Shown piece by piece: positions 44,473 to 56,900 of a DNA stretch of 64,000 nucleotides. The stretch is from Macrostomum lignano (Eukaryota). The stretch spans positions 124,001 to 188,000 of the forward strand of contig NIVC01001154.1 in assembly GCA_002269645.1 (NCBI GenBank), given 5' to 3'. The notes below the pieces were generated by a model. It was not told the origin of the DNA. It searched no databases and worked only from the letters and a program-made list of their open reading frames with translations. How positions within the stretch are numbered: the stretch's first letter is position 1; every line of letters starts with the position of its first letter. The translations under genes were made by a program, and so were the position numbers.

Positions 44473-44910
44473 GGTCCTACATCTATATTAAGAATTCTCC
44501 TTATTTCTTTTGACTCTTGCAAGAAAGTTGTAAGAATTTATAGGGAATTTACAAGCTATAAATATGGATATAGGTAATAATAATCTATGGATATAGATAG
44601 CTATAGTAAAAAATGAGCTATGGCTATAGATATAGATATCAGAAAAAGGGCATATCAACTTAAGTTCATAAAGTGGAGCCCAAGTAACCTATGCACACAT
44701 ATGTCATTCTGCTCATAGTGACACAAAGAAGCTAAATTTAGCAAAAAAGTGACAAAAATTGGACTTAGGATATGGGATAATAACTAAGGACATAATTAGG
44801 GACTACCATTTCCCATTTCATTTATATTGTCAATAGACTATGGCATAATATTAATTTTATTGGTGTTTAGCACACTTACTAATAAATCTTTAATACTTTT
44901 CTGTTGAGCA

Positions 44911-46262
44911 ATGGGCAAAACACTTAAACTGGTTGTTTGTGGCAGCAAGGGTTGTGGCAAGACATCAATCCTTGAACAGTTAATTTATTGCAACTATTCA
45001 AATTCGACATCTTCAAAGGTAAGTTAAAAAGCTTTTATTAATAATTTCTACTTATTTCATTTATTGTTGTCCTTATCAAATTGCACAGCAAATTTTTTCT
45101 TTGTATCTTTGTTGTTTTCTTTTCAGCCACAATTCCCTCATACTATTGAAGATACCTATGTTGCTCACATTGAGTCAGAGCGAGGCGTCAAGGAGAAAGT
45201 TCGCTTTTATGAGATCGGTGGCTCATCAGTGAGTTTTGAATTGCATTTGAGCAAGCCATCTACCTTTGTGAATAGTGCAGTTAAACTGATTGTTCAAATA
45301 AGCCCTCTTTCATTTTTTAGGACATCAAGTCAGTCAGCATACCAAAGCACTTTGTTGTTGGAGCAGATGTAAGTACAAGGTCTAGCATAGCGCTTTTATG
45401 TACCAGTGGCCCAGGCTCGATTCCAAGTGCAGTCAAATTAATCTGGGGTTAAATTGAAATCTTGCTCGTCCATTAAAGCCCTTGAGGGCCAATCCCCAAG
45501 GCACAGTGAAGTGTACATGGCTGACGATGAGTAATCTCAAGCTAGTGCCGCTGTACACCCCTGTGTGAGTGTGTACCTGTGCGTATGACTGCGTACGTAT
45601 GGGCAGTAATGCCTCTCGCTGATTGTGTGACAATGTCGCTTTAAGTGCGCCTGGGTGCGCAAAACCCGTTGCCAAGAACAAAGCAAAGTAAGTTTGTTGC
45701 AGGCAAGTTATCAATAATTTACCTTTCCTTGCGCAGGCATTCGTGCTAGTGTACGACACCACAGACCTCGGCTCCCTTTCCTACCTGGACGCTGTGAAAC
45801 GCGAAATTGAGAAGAATAAAGATCGCAAAGATGTGTTATTGTTTCTGTTGCTTGGCAACAAAAAAGATCTGGACGCTAGTAGTCGGACCAGTGAACTGGC
45901 GGCCAAGTTCGTCAACAAGGAGAGAAGTGGGTACTCATATCAGTAGTCTAGCATGATTTTTATTTTAATGTAGTCATGCAGTTTGGATTATTTTTGTGGC
46001 TTGTGTATGACAATTGGCCTAGGCTTGTCGTGCTATTCTCGCGCATTAGGGCCAACCCCCACCTCCCCCTGTCGCCATGATGTACCATACATATACTATG
46101 CATGATATACTCATTGATATAACCTTTGCAGTATTCCGGCACTTCACAGTCACCGTTCAGGATCGCCAATCATTAATCGATGCATTCGTTGCCATAACAA
46201 CCAAGATTACTACGCCGCCAAGTAAATCGGGATTTCCATTCGTCAAGAAAGATCCTAAATGA
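44911..46262 (+). CDS. NKIRAS: NF-kappaB inhibitor-interacting Ras-like protein (kappaB-Ras), 192 aa; exons 44911-45018, 45127-45228, 45321-45368, 45737-45926, 46132-46262
   Basis: KLVVCGSKGCGKTSILEQLIY; TIEDTYVAHIESERGVKEKVRFYE; IPKHFVVGADAFVLVYD; LGNKKDL; VTVQDRQSLIDAF...PPSKSGFP; all four introns are GT-AG with consistent phases. Confidence 0.92.
45380..45690 (+). mobile_element. Second, diverged copy of the tRNA-derived SINE, in NKIRAS intron 3
   Basis: GGCTCGATTCCAAGTGCAG...AAGGCACAGTGAAGTGTACATG...GGGCAGTAATGCCTCTCG matches the reverse complement of 40640-40950. Confidence 0.75.
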
Positions 46263-46964
46263 TTGATCAAAAAAAGCATTATTTGATTTATCAAGACACG
46301 TTCAACTGAGTAGTGTTTCTAGTACATGCATACTGAGTATTGCTTTGGCAATTAATTAGTAATCGCGAAGATATGCAAACTGTTTTGAAGCAGCCTAATT
46401 TTCACGGTCTTTCACTGCATACATCCTACAGTAAGTGTAATATTATCCAATCCTATCATTGTAATTGCCTATGCTAATGCTTCTTCCCGACCGTAACTGT
46501 TATTACCGAATCACTTTTAATGCAGCTTTAAACTTGAAATATAATGGACTCGCATGCCTTGGCTTAAGTGTCATCTGCACATTTGCACCACCCCTACTAA
46601 GCGGAACAGGGTCCAAATTCAGGATGTACGTATATTCATTATGTTGTTCTTATATTCCAGATAGGTACATGTATTATGTTAACAAATGGGTATGCTAGAC
46701 TATGGTTATGATCCAATCTAGCTCTTTTGGCGTTGGCGTTGTAAGTTAAGTAGAGTTGGCCGTAGTTAGTAACGTGATATCAGAGCGGCAATGATTATAG
46801 AATACCATCGTTGTACATGTATGTCCTCACCCGGCACCTGTGGGATGATCCTGCTCTAATGGGATCGGGGAAAATGAAAGTTTTTCGTTCTTAAATTAAC
46901 AGATGAGAGTCTGATTTGTAGCCTAGATTCTTGATTGGGAACCTAGGGGACGCATCGCGGGGTC

Positions 46965-47205
46965 GCCAGCACCAGCTGATTATAAGGGGCGCTGACACCA
47001 GCTGATAAGGGGCGCTGACACCAGCTGATAAGGGGCGCTGACACCAGCTGATAAGGGGCCGCCAGCACCTGCTGATAAGGGGCCGCCAGCACCAGCTGAT
47101 AAGGGGCGCTGGCACCCATGCAGCTGATAATGGGTCGCAAGCACCAGCTGACAATGGGCGCTGGCACCAGCACCAGCTGTTAAGGGGCGCTAACACCAGC
47201 TGCGC
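46965..47205. repeat. Minisatellite, ~23-bp unit (GCTGACACCAGCTGATAAGGGGC), ~10 copies
   Basis: Direct tandem copies. Confidence 0.9.
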
Positions 47206-47980
47206 TGACAAGGAAGCTACGTGCCTTCTGCACTTCCTCACTGTTCAAATCAAATTTAAAACGGATCTGAACATTGCAAACATTGATTTGAACTATTGAG
47301 CTATTTATAGCGCGGTACCATGAACTGACCATTAGGAGGCGTAGAGATGAGGTACATGTACATCTTCTAATAATTATGTACTCACTATTGCCGTCCAATA
47401 AAAAAATCGCCGTTTCGATTTTGTGATAATGACTCATCTACACCGTCATTAAGCTGTCAAATCGCACGACACGTATATTTTACCGTTTTTTTCATACGTT
47501 GTAATTTCTCAGTATACATTGGACAAGGCAGATTTAGAGTAACTCTCTAACCCTCAGTTTGGCCAACCCAGGTTGCCAATGACGCGAAGTGTACAACGGC
47601 GCTCAGTATCCATGGGGTTGGGCTCTGCAGAGGCGGGTGTGAATCCATGCAATTGGGGCAGGGAAGTGCATGCGAGACTCCTTCTGAAGTCGCGCGCCTG
47701 TACTCGCGTTTCCGTACTTGCAGTCTTACGGCTTCTCTTACCCCCGCGCTCGCGTGCTTCTAAAAATTGTCTGCTCTGAACTGCAGTGGCTGCACTGTGA
47801 GCATATAGGCTGCATAGTAGAAAGTTTTACCCCTGCAACAATTTACCTGGGAAAACACTGCTGTTACTGCTCAGGACAGAAGGGTGAGACGCTGCGCATC
47901 AATAATATGGGAGGCCAAGCCGCTACAACTAAATATTAGTTCCTATATGTGAAAGCCATCGCAGCTTGATACCAGAAGCA

Positions 47981-50900
47981 ATGGGCACGACTGTAGAGGA
48001 TGTGCTCACCTGTCCTGTGTGCTTGAGTCGCTTCACCGACCCCCGGCTGCTGCCCTGCCAGCACACCTTCTGTCTGCGGCCCTGTCTGGTGAACATCTAC
48101 GACGAGTCAGTGCGGACAATCCGATGCCCGCTGTGCCGCGAGCTCAGCCGGGCTGCCCGAGGCCCGGAAAATTTGCCTCGGAACCTCACAGTCACGGCAC
48201 TGCTTGGCGTGCAGCAGCAGCAACGTCAGCAGACGCCTCCGTCGCAGTCGCAATCGAATCGACGTCAAGTAGCTGAAAGCTCGACTGAGTCACCAGAGTC
48301 GGAGGTGGAACTGAGACGTCGTCTCGACGCATCGGCTAGTCGGCTGAGCGCCGCCGTGCCCGCCCTGCTTTCCGAGGCCGCCCGCCTTCGCTCCGTGGCC
48401 GCCGATATCGAGGCCTCCTCGGCCAGACAGAGCGCCCGGCTGGCTGCCGCTGTAGACTCACTCGCCGAGCAGCTGGCGGAGCGACGAGCGCAGCTGCTGG
48501 CCGACATCGCGGCGGCCTCGGCAAGCCGGCTGGAGTCCCTCTACGCCGCGCTGGACTCGCTGGAGGTGGAGGCGGCCAGCGCCAGCAGCTGCTGCGAGTC
48601 GCTGCCGCCGCCGGGAGCGCCAGTGGAAGAACTCCGTCGCCGACTGGACGCTTGCGAAGACGCCGCCAGGAGACTCGCCGGCGCCGCGGTCGCCGACTGG
48701 TCCGAGGTGGCGACCGATGTCGGCGGTTCTGCGGCGGTCGAGTTGCCGGTGAACGCGGAGCCAGTCAGCCGGGCCATCGCGGCTTTGGGCCGCCAGTCGT
48801 CGCTGTCGGGCGGCGGCTACCCGGCGGAGCTGCTGGTGGCCAACAATTATCGGACGCCGTTGAATCCTCAGCGCGCCGGCAGTCGGCAGCAGCAGCCGCA
48901 GCGTCAGAGCCGAATTCCCGAGCGTCAAAATCTCTCCGCTTCGGATGACAGCCGAGGCGGCGGCGGCGGCGGCGGCGCATTCATAAGTTTTGCTAATCCG
49001 GCATTTCGCGGAAATCGACGACCGCCAAGACTGAGCTCCGACAACGCAACGTCTGGCGCGGCAGGCAGTGGCGCAGGCGAACGTGGAGTCGGAGCTGGAG
49101 GCGCAGGGGGTAGGGTTAACGCATCAAGACGAGCAGCGAATGCAGCAATCCGAAGGCAGGAACAACAGCAGCACAATAATCAACAGCAACAGCAACAACA
49201 GCAGCAACAACAGCAGCAGCAACAACAGCAGCAGCAACAACAGCAGCAGCAACAACAGCAGCAGCAACAACAGCAGCAGCAACCGTCAGATGATGAGTCG
49301 CCTTCCTCGTCGGAACCGCATCAACAGCTGACAATGGTCCAGAGGTCGGGAACTTTTGTTCTGTCGCGCGCGAATCGACCGGTTGCATTTCAGGTTTGTT
49401 TTAGTGATTCGTTTTTTATTAATATTTGTTTCTTGGAAAATACTGAAACGCGAATTGACTGGCAGTCTATTCGAATACCCTGTCTGAACTCAACTCAAGC
49501 CTTCATTTAGCTTCGATCCCCAAATCCCCTCTCCAGGTGTCCCTGGACGGCAACGGCGACCCGTCGGACCTATCGGTGTCCGCCGGCGAGGACGCCTCCT
49601 ATTTGGCTCGCAGCGCACCGTGTGGCGTCTTCGGCCTCGGGCCCAGCGCCGAGGTCGGCCAGCTGAGCGCGCCGCGCGGCATCGCGGCCTGTCCCCGCAC
49701 CGGCGCCCTGTTCGTGGCCGACTCCAACAATCACCGACTGCAGGCTTTCTCTCTGACTGGCCAGGTTCGGCTGGCGTTCGGGCGGCGCGGCGCTGGTCCA
49801 GGAGAATTCGAGTGCGTCACCGGGGTGGCGGTGGACCCGGCTTCCCGGCGGGTGTTCGCCACGGACCGCTACAATCACAAGGTGCTGGTGTTTGACTACC
49901 AGGTGAGGGTGTCAATTTTTATAGTGTACGTTCTAACTACAGATTCTATTCCATGCCACTCCGCGAAAACCCCGCTGTTCAGACCATAGACTGTAGCTTC
50001 TGCTGCTCTCCAGCATAAGTAGCAGCAACTACGAGGTGTCTGTGGCCCAACCCCCCCCCCCTGGGTTTTCGGGGCCTCGGAGACGGCCGCTAAATACATT
50101 AGCAAATGATGGAGTGACAAATCTAGGTAAATATAGAATCTGCAGTGGCTCTAACCGCTAGTTAAATGCTTGAATGACCAAAGAAACATCGATATGTACA
50201 TGTAGCTGCGGAATTTAGGTAGGATTGTTAGTAGCTGGTGTTGCTAATCATAACGAGAAGCGGTAGTTTAAGTATTTAAAAAGATCAGATTTTGGTAGCT
50301 TTTGACGATCGAAATGGGAATTTGGACAATCAAAACGGGACGCCATAGACATTAAAGCCAGGCCACAGATCGCACCTTAGTCATGAATTTAAGCAGTTTA
50401 GCAAAGTCTACTTAGGGAGGCTTGGCCATAGACTATAACTTTGGACATTCAATATGGGAAAAGCCATTGTCATTAATTTTTGCGGGCTTAAGCGTCCCTT
50501 TTCCGGGCGTCAATGTGGCAATTCGTGCCTTGAATCGTCTATGGTATTGTCTATTTCAGTAATAGAGCGAAATAGAACAACAGTGTGAAACAGAGACCAA
50601 CAAATAACAGCAAAGTTTATGCGCTTATAAGCATGCAAAGAGAGACGATCAGTTAGTTAAATTAAATTAGTCTTTCAGGCCGTGGAAATCGAACGTACAA
50701 TTTTGAAATGTTCCAGAGAAATTCACACTGACCGATGGAGCTGGCACAGCCTGCTCAACTTGTCCTTCAGCAAGACGATCTCGAGCAAGGACGCTCGTCC
50801 TTTGTTCGCAGTGTCGAATAGAAGAAACGCAAATAATTAGCCAGAATCGACTTTGGAATTCGCAGCAGATCCGTTGACAGTTTCATTTCTTCCAGAAAAG

Positions 50901-53900
50901 TCTTGAAGCGGCTCACATTGTCCTCCATCTGCCGGGCGGAGGAGTCCGGTATTCCATCTCGTTCAAGCTGATTTAACTCTTGCATCACGTCCTCCGGAAT
51001 GTCGAGAATCTCTTCTGATTCTATCTTGCGCGCAAATTCTTCGCTCAGTTCCTCCAAATACCGGCTGTTCGACTCGGATGATACCCACGCCAGCTCTTCG
51101 GTCGACATACCGGAAACCATTTCTCCCGGCAGATTGGAATAATTAATTAAATGGTTGATCATTTTCAGAACTCAAGCACAGCTTAGTCCTGACAGATTTG
51201 AAAAAATATACATTTAGCATTTTTCTAGCTCCTTCAGTTTTACTGTCCATCTCTAGACCTGGACCATCAAAACTTCGTCTATGGCCCAGAGCTCGCAAAT
51301 CAAAAGAAAGAATGGCCATAGACATTTCAACTGCATTCTATGTAATAACACAGAGCCCGGAATTTTCGACATTGATGCCCGGAAATCTCTTGCATTAATG
51401 ACAATAATAATGTTACAGGGACTACTCAATTATCGGGACGGGAAACGGCCAAATCATGCAGAAAAAAGATGGAGGCCGATTTTCTCTGTTCTCTGCTGAT
51501 CTTATGTTTTATCGCAAGAGCTTCAGCTTCTCACTATGTACACAAAATTTATCCCTCTTCAACTTCCTGTAGCCTGTTTCTACTCAAATAATTTCGGATA
51601 AATGCTAGGAGACATTTTATACAGTACCGCTTTAATACACAAACTCGATGCTTGATAAGCCAAGTGCATCTGTTGTAGAAGTCTATGGGAAACATTGAAG
51701 CAAGAAGTGAAAGCTTGTATTATACGAGAAGTTATGCAACATAAGATATAAGATTAACAAAACTGTTGTATATAGTCAATACATGTATACCAAGATTTGG
51801 AAAACGATCGCGCTAGAATACACACTATTGTGCACTAGAATTATTCAACAACACCAAATGCATAAGTACAAGAAACACAACATTCACAACTAGCATATAA
51901 ATAACAATAAACACGATAAGAGCAAAAGGCAAGAGAACCACAAGCAAGTGCAAAACGCACATGAACCAGAACAAACAAAGTAAGCATAACAAAGTATCCC
52001 AATAGTATTGGTTTTTGTATGCTAAGTGAGACATTTTTCAAGCAATCTGAGACTGAATAGCAAAAACACTATTGTCTATGGCCACCCCTCGCTGCAGCCC
52101 AGCTTTTTGGGATCGCCTTGCAAGCAAAGTGAGAAATTTTTTAAAGCTAAGTGAGAACCATATTGAAAACAAAGGCTGGGCTATGGCAAATCAACTGCGT
52201 CTAACAAGCAACGAGGATAGAGAGCGCCTGGTCAATGCCGTCTAAGATGAACAAGATCTGAACAAGAAGACGGCCTATCGGATATGGAGTCGCTACGCAG
52301 CTACTGGTGAATTCCATGCGTTGCAACGGTGGCCGCAAGCCGCGGTCAACAAAAATGGACAAATATATAGTTTCCGACAGTACATCATTTTGTAATTTCG
52401 TAAAACCACCCCTTTTTTCAATATGGTTCTCACTTAGCTTGAAAAATGTCTCACTTTACTTGCAAGGCGCGCCCAAAAAGCTGGGCTGCAGCGAGGGGTG
52501 GCCATAGACAATAGTGTTTTTGCTATTCAGTCTCAGATTGCTTGAAAAATTTCTCACTTAGCATGCAAAAACCAATAGTAAGCAAATATATAAGCAATGC
52601 GACAAATCGAATTCGTAACCCAGTAGTCTCAGTCGGTATCAATCACGCTTATAAACGAGATGAACTGCGTAGCTTTGTGATTTTACAATCACTTGCGTCT
52701 GGTGTTTGTTCTGCAGTTTTGCAGTTTCGCACAAGTCCTTTGAAAAAGCAGTTTGATAGGCGACGAGTCACCGAAGTTGTATGAATGTCCTTGTCTGGAA
52801 AGAAATATTCGGCGATAGCATTGAATATCTGTTGCACACGGGTTGCACAGCTTGGTGAATATGATGTGAAGCTAGCATAACAAAGGCGCGAGAATTGGAA
52901 AAGCCATTCTGGTGGATGCGCTAGCTTTCCACGGGAAACAAGCTCCGTAAATTCGCATGGTTCATTTCGTGCTGCTTCTGCGTCAGCGGGAATTCCTTCC
53001 TTTGCTGCAACGTAGCCTAGGTAGTTAAAACCAAAAAGATAAATGAAAGTAGATATATATACGAATATTATTATACTCGTGCAAGAATACAAAATTGCTT
53101 GAAGAAGCAATTTGAAACCTGAAATGTAATGTAGGGCAGCATTCTCATGCGATGTCAAATTCTCCGCAGAAATGCAGCAACTGTCGACTGTCCCTAATTC
53201 CTCATCTGATAGTTGACTGTCGCAGCAGTGGCTCTGTTGGTGACTGAAGTCGGACAATTCAAGCGATGTAAAGAGCTTCATTCGTCTCAGTCGGGCGCTA
53301 AGAAAAACTTGTTCGACTGAAATAAAATAGTTGCCTCCACTCATTTGGCGATAGACTCCGAATTCACCTTCTAAAGGATCAGTGTTGAATTCAGATAGCA
53401 GAACATACTGCATAGCACCGGTTTCCAGCAGTTGGTGACACATTTCTACCACACCGAACAGACTGTTACATAATGCGTTTTTGGTCTCGGTCGTAAGGCA
53501 TTGATGTCGACTTCGTCCTCTACCACCGCCACGTTCAGAGACACAGCCTGCGCCAAGGCACTTAAGAATACTAAACGTTCGTCCGAAATCGAGGAAATTG
53601 GCTTTCGATCAGGATCGTTCAGTCGTATGTGCAAATAAGGGTTGCGGCAATTAACTGTTTTCCAAAACTTAACAATAGATTCTACAAACTTTGCAGTATC
53701 GTGGAATCCATTGCACGCAAGAGCAGCTACTACCTTGTCATCGAATACCTGCAGAGCTAGAGAAACACAGGTTTTCTGAATTCCATTTGGGTAGCATGCC
53801 CCGTGAGTGAGATTTGTTCGTCTGACAACGTGGTTTTGTTCAGCCTTAAAGACATGAATGATGTGACTCCATTTCGCCGAAATGACTCTGTCGCATCCCG

Positions 53901-56900
53901 GAATTCGAAGTGCTATAGTCCCCTTCTGTTCAGTCTGCCAGTTGTTTCTTATCGATTTCAACAAGTGGACCATGTCATTGATCATAAAAAATTGACTAGT
54001 CTGATTGACGTCTCGTCCAATCCAATCCTTGTTTTGCCGCTGATCTCTGAACAAATTAAAACATTTTCTGTTAGTAGGATGATTGTCGCAAACCAAAGCG
54101 AAAGCAGTACCACCATGCTTGTTGACCAACTCAATGCTTTGACTTAGTTGCTGTTTGAGAAATTCGGCTGTGAGTAGAAAAATTGGTATAAGGCGCAATA
54201 TGAATGGTTTTCCACCCATTAGCGGCTTCAACATTATCGCCAGAATTGTCCGAGCAATTTTCGCCGAGTCGTCCTCCGCTTGTCCAAACAGATGTTTACA
54301 TCTAAATCTGACAGATGGCTGCACGTACATCTCGTCAAATAGTAAAACGCAGTTCAGCTGGGTGCCGCGAAGTGCAGAAAAAACTGTTCGAATAGTTTCA
54401 TCAGAATCGGCTGCAGTTCCAATCTCTCCAAGACCGGCCAAATTTGTACGGAGAGTTCTTTGATGTGGCAGTGGCAACAGAGTGCGAAGTTGAGAGTAAG
54501 CCGAACTGCTGATTAAATAGATAAGAGTTGACTGCCTTAGTGTGGCAATGTCGTACCGACGACTCACTGGACTTGTAGAAATTAGCTGTAGTTGTGAAAT
54601 TAAAAACTGTATCGATGGATTCGTGATGACAGTATTTTCTAATTCCAACACTTGAAGAAATGACGACGACATCGCTTTCAACTCATGCTGAACAGACAGT
54701 TGAAAATTCATGCATCGAACGATAATGGCATCGAGTTTTGAAAAATACTTCAATGTAGGCTGGAATCCTAGCAGATCTCTCAGCGGAACCGGCGAATGAT
54801 AGTGAAAAGCACGAGTTGCAAAGTTGGACGAAATAAAAATCTTGATCTTTAGTTCTCCGCTCGAATCCAAACCGAACAAATAAACTTCTTCATTGCATAA
54901 CGATACAAACAGCGAATGTTGAGCAACGATATCTGATGATTTGAGTGCAGAAACGAGCTCGCTCCAGCCTGGCAAACTGTCGATTTTACGAAATTCTTCC
55001 AACTCGTCCGGTTTAAAATTTCTTTCGGCAGACAAAACGCGACGGACTTTTGGTTTTCTCGCTAATGCTAAAATTATGGATGTAAGCAATGCGATGCAGA
55101 ATCGTTTGTAGCTCGTATGTTGGTAGCACAATACGTGTACAGTTTATGTAGTGACAAATTCTCACATTTCGATTGAACAAAACATGATGGGGGGGGAATT
55201 GCAACGTCAAAGACGGACGGCGGGTCGACAGGTCGCTCATATCTGCTGCGTTTTATCATTGGCACTGATATTGGCCAGTGCTTCTCGCATACTGCCATAT
55301 GCGGTGTTGGATCCTGTAGAATTATGAGCGGTGTGCTACAGAAACAATACCTCGCAAAACTTGTCCTTCCGAACAAGAGAGACAATGCACTGTCTCTCCA
55401 ACTTGCCCAGCAGAGAGTAAAATCACGAATTTCATTATTACCAGTTTACTACTCGACTCACCTTGATGACATTTGGTAGAGCCAGTCGCCATTTTTCCTT
55501 CTCTATAGGATCGTTTGGGAAAGTAAAGACTTTAACAGAAGTTTTTTTCGTTCAAATAGTTCGACTTGCATGATTGCACACAGCATTTCCTTGGCATGAA
55601 TGCGAAAAAACGCAAAGCAAAATTATGACTATTTATTTGCATTCTATGGTATCAGTCCTTACCTTATAGGCCATCGTATAATACAAGCTTTCACTTCTTG
55701 CTTCAATGTTTCCCATAGACTTCTACAACAGATGCACTTGGCTTTTCAAGCATCGAGTTTGTGTATTAAAGCGGTACTGTATAAAATGTCTCCTAGCATT
55801 TATCCGAAATTATTTGAGTAGAAACAGGCTACAGGAAGTTGAAGAGGGATAAATTTTGTGTACATAGTGAGAAGCTGAAGCTCTTGCGATAAAACATAAG
55901 ATCAGCAGAGAACAGAGAAAATCGGCCTCCATCTTTTTTCTGCATGATTTGGCCGTTTCCCGTCCCGATAATTGAGTAGTCCCTGTAATGTTATGTTAAT
56001 GTTAATATTAATGTTATATTCAATACGGGAATCGGACTGAGATTTTACAGCTCTCTGTCCCTCTCTCCCCTGTTTGTTCGTCTTTGGCCTGAAAGCGACC
56101 CCATTGAATAGCGCCACCAATTCCTGTAGCAGATCCGCCAGCAGCTGACTGATGCGATTGAACAAGGGTCAGCCATCGCAAGAGCTGCAAGAATCTTGCA
56201 AATCAAGAAAAACAAGCGCATTCCGAATCGCTGCCAACTTTCGACTCGATGACAGAGTGCAGAATCCCTTCCTCGCGGTGGTCGTAAAGAAGGATTGTGC
56301 AAGGCCGATCAGGAAATGAGAGAATTCTTGCTTGAGAAACTCGATGAAAATCCTTTCCTGACGCTCAAGGAGTTCTGAGTTACTTTTGTTTGGCGTCCGG
56401 TAACGGGCACTTTGTTCACTTTTAAATATTCCAGTGGCCTTGAGATATGGAAAATACATTAAATTGGGCGAATTCCCATTTCGATAGTCCATTCCACATT
56501 CTATGGTTGGGTATTCCCAAGCCGCCCGAGTCTGTGGCCTGGCTTAATTAAACGTCTATAGCGTCCCGTTTTGACTGTTCAGATTCCCATTTAGATCGTC
56601 AAAAGCGATAGTAGAAATAATTTGGCTTTTGTAAAAGTATATAAAAGTGTTGCCTATTCGCTGCATGCATTTCGTAGAAAATGACACAGTATATACAAAA
56701 TATTTACACGCTTTGAATTTTCCCATCAGGGGGAGTTCCTTCGCCAGTTCGGCGCTGAGGGTTCCGGGCCCGGCCAGTTCCGCTATCCATGGGGCGCCGC
56801 CGTCCACTCCGGCCACCTGTACGTGGCCGACAAAAAGAACCACCGAGTGCAGGTATTCGACTTGGACGGGCAATTTCTGTCCAGCTTCGGAGAGCACGGC

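Larger units (their letters stand above)
51416..55985 (-). mobile_element. P-superfamily (Galileo-like, long-TIR) DNA transposon
   Basis: 312-bp near-perfect TIRs (51416-51727; 55674-55985) starting CAGGG; exact 8-bp TSD TAATGTTA (51408-15, 55986-93). Confidence 0.93.
50298..56606 (-). mobile_element. Outer TIR-bounded element in TRIM-NHL intron 2 carrying a truncated Crypton-like tyrosine-recombinase ORF
   Basis: ~70-bp imperfect inverted repeats (50298-50369 vs 56531-56606) with TTAA motifs inside them; ORF at 51162-50767. Confidence 0.6.

Noticed and set aside
46891-47241. Cys/Trp-rich repetitive ORFs
   Set aside because: Translations of the 23-bp minisatellite.
48019-49388. Numerous overlapping ORFs in both directions, including poly-Ala/Val and poly-Ser/Asn
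   Set aside because: Alternative-frame products of GC-rich TRIM-NHL exon 1 and its CAG/CAA tract.
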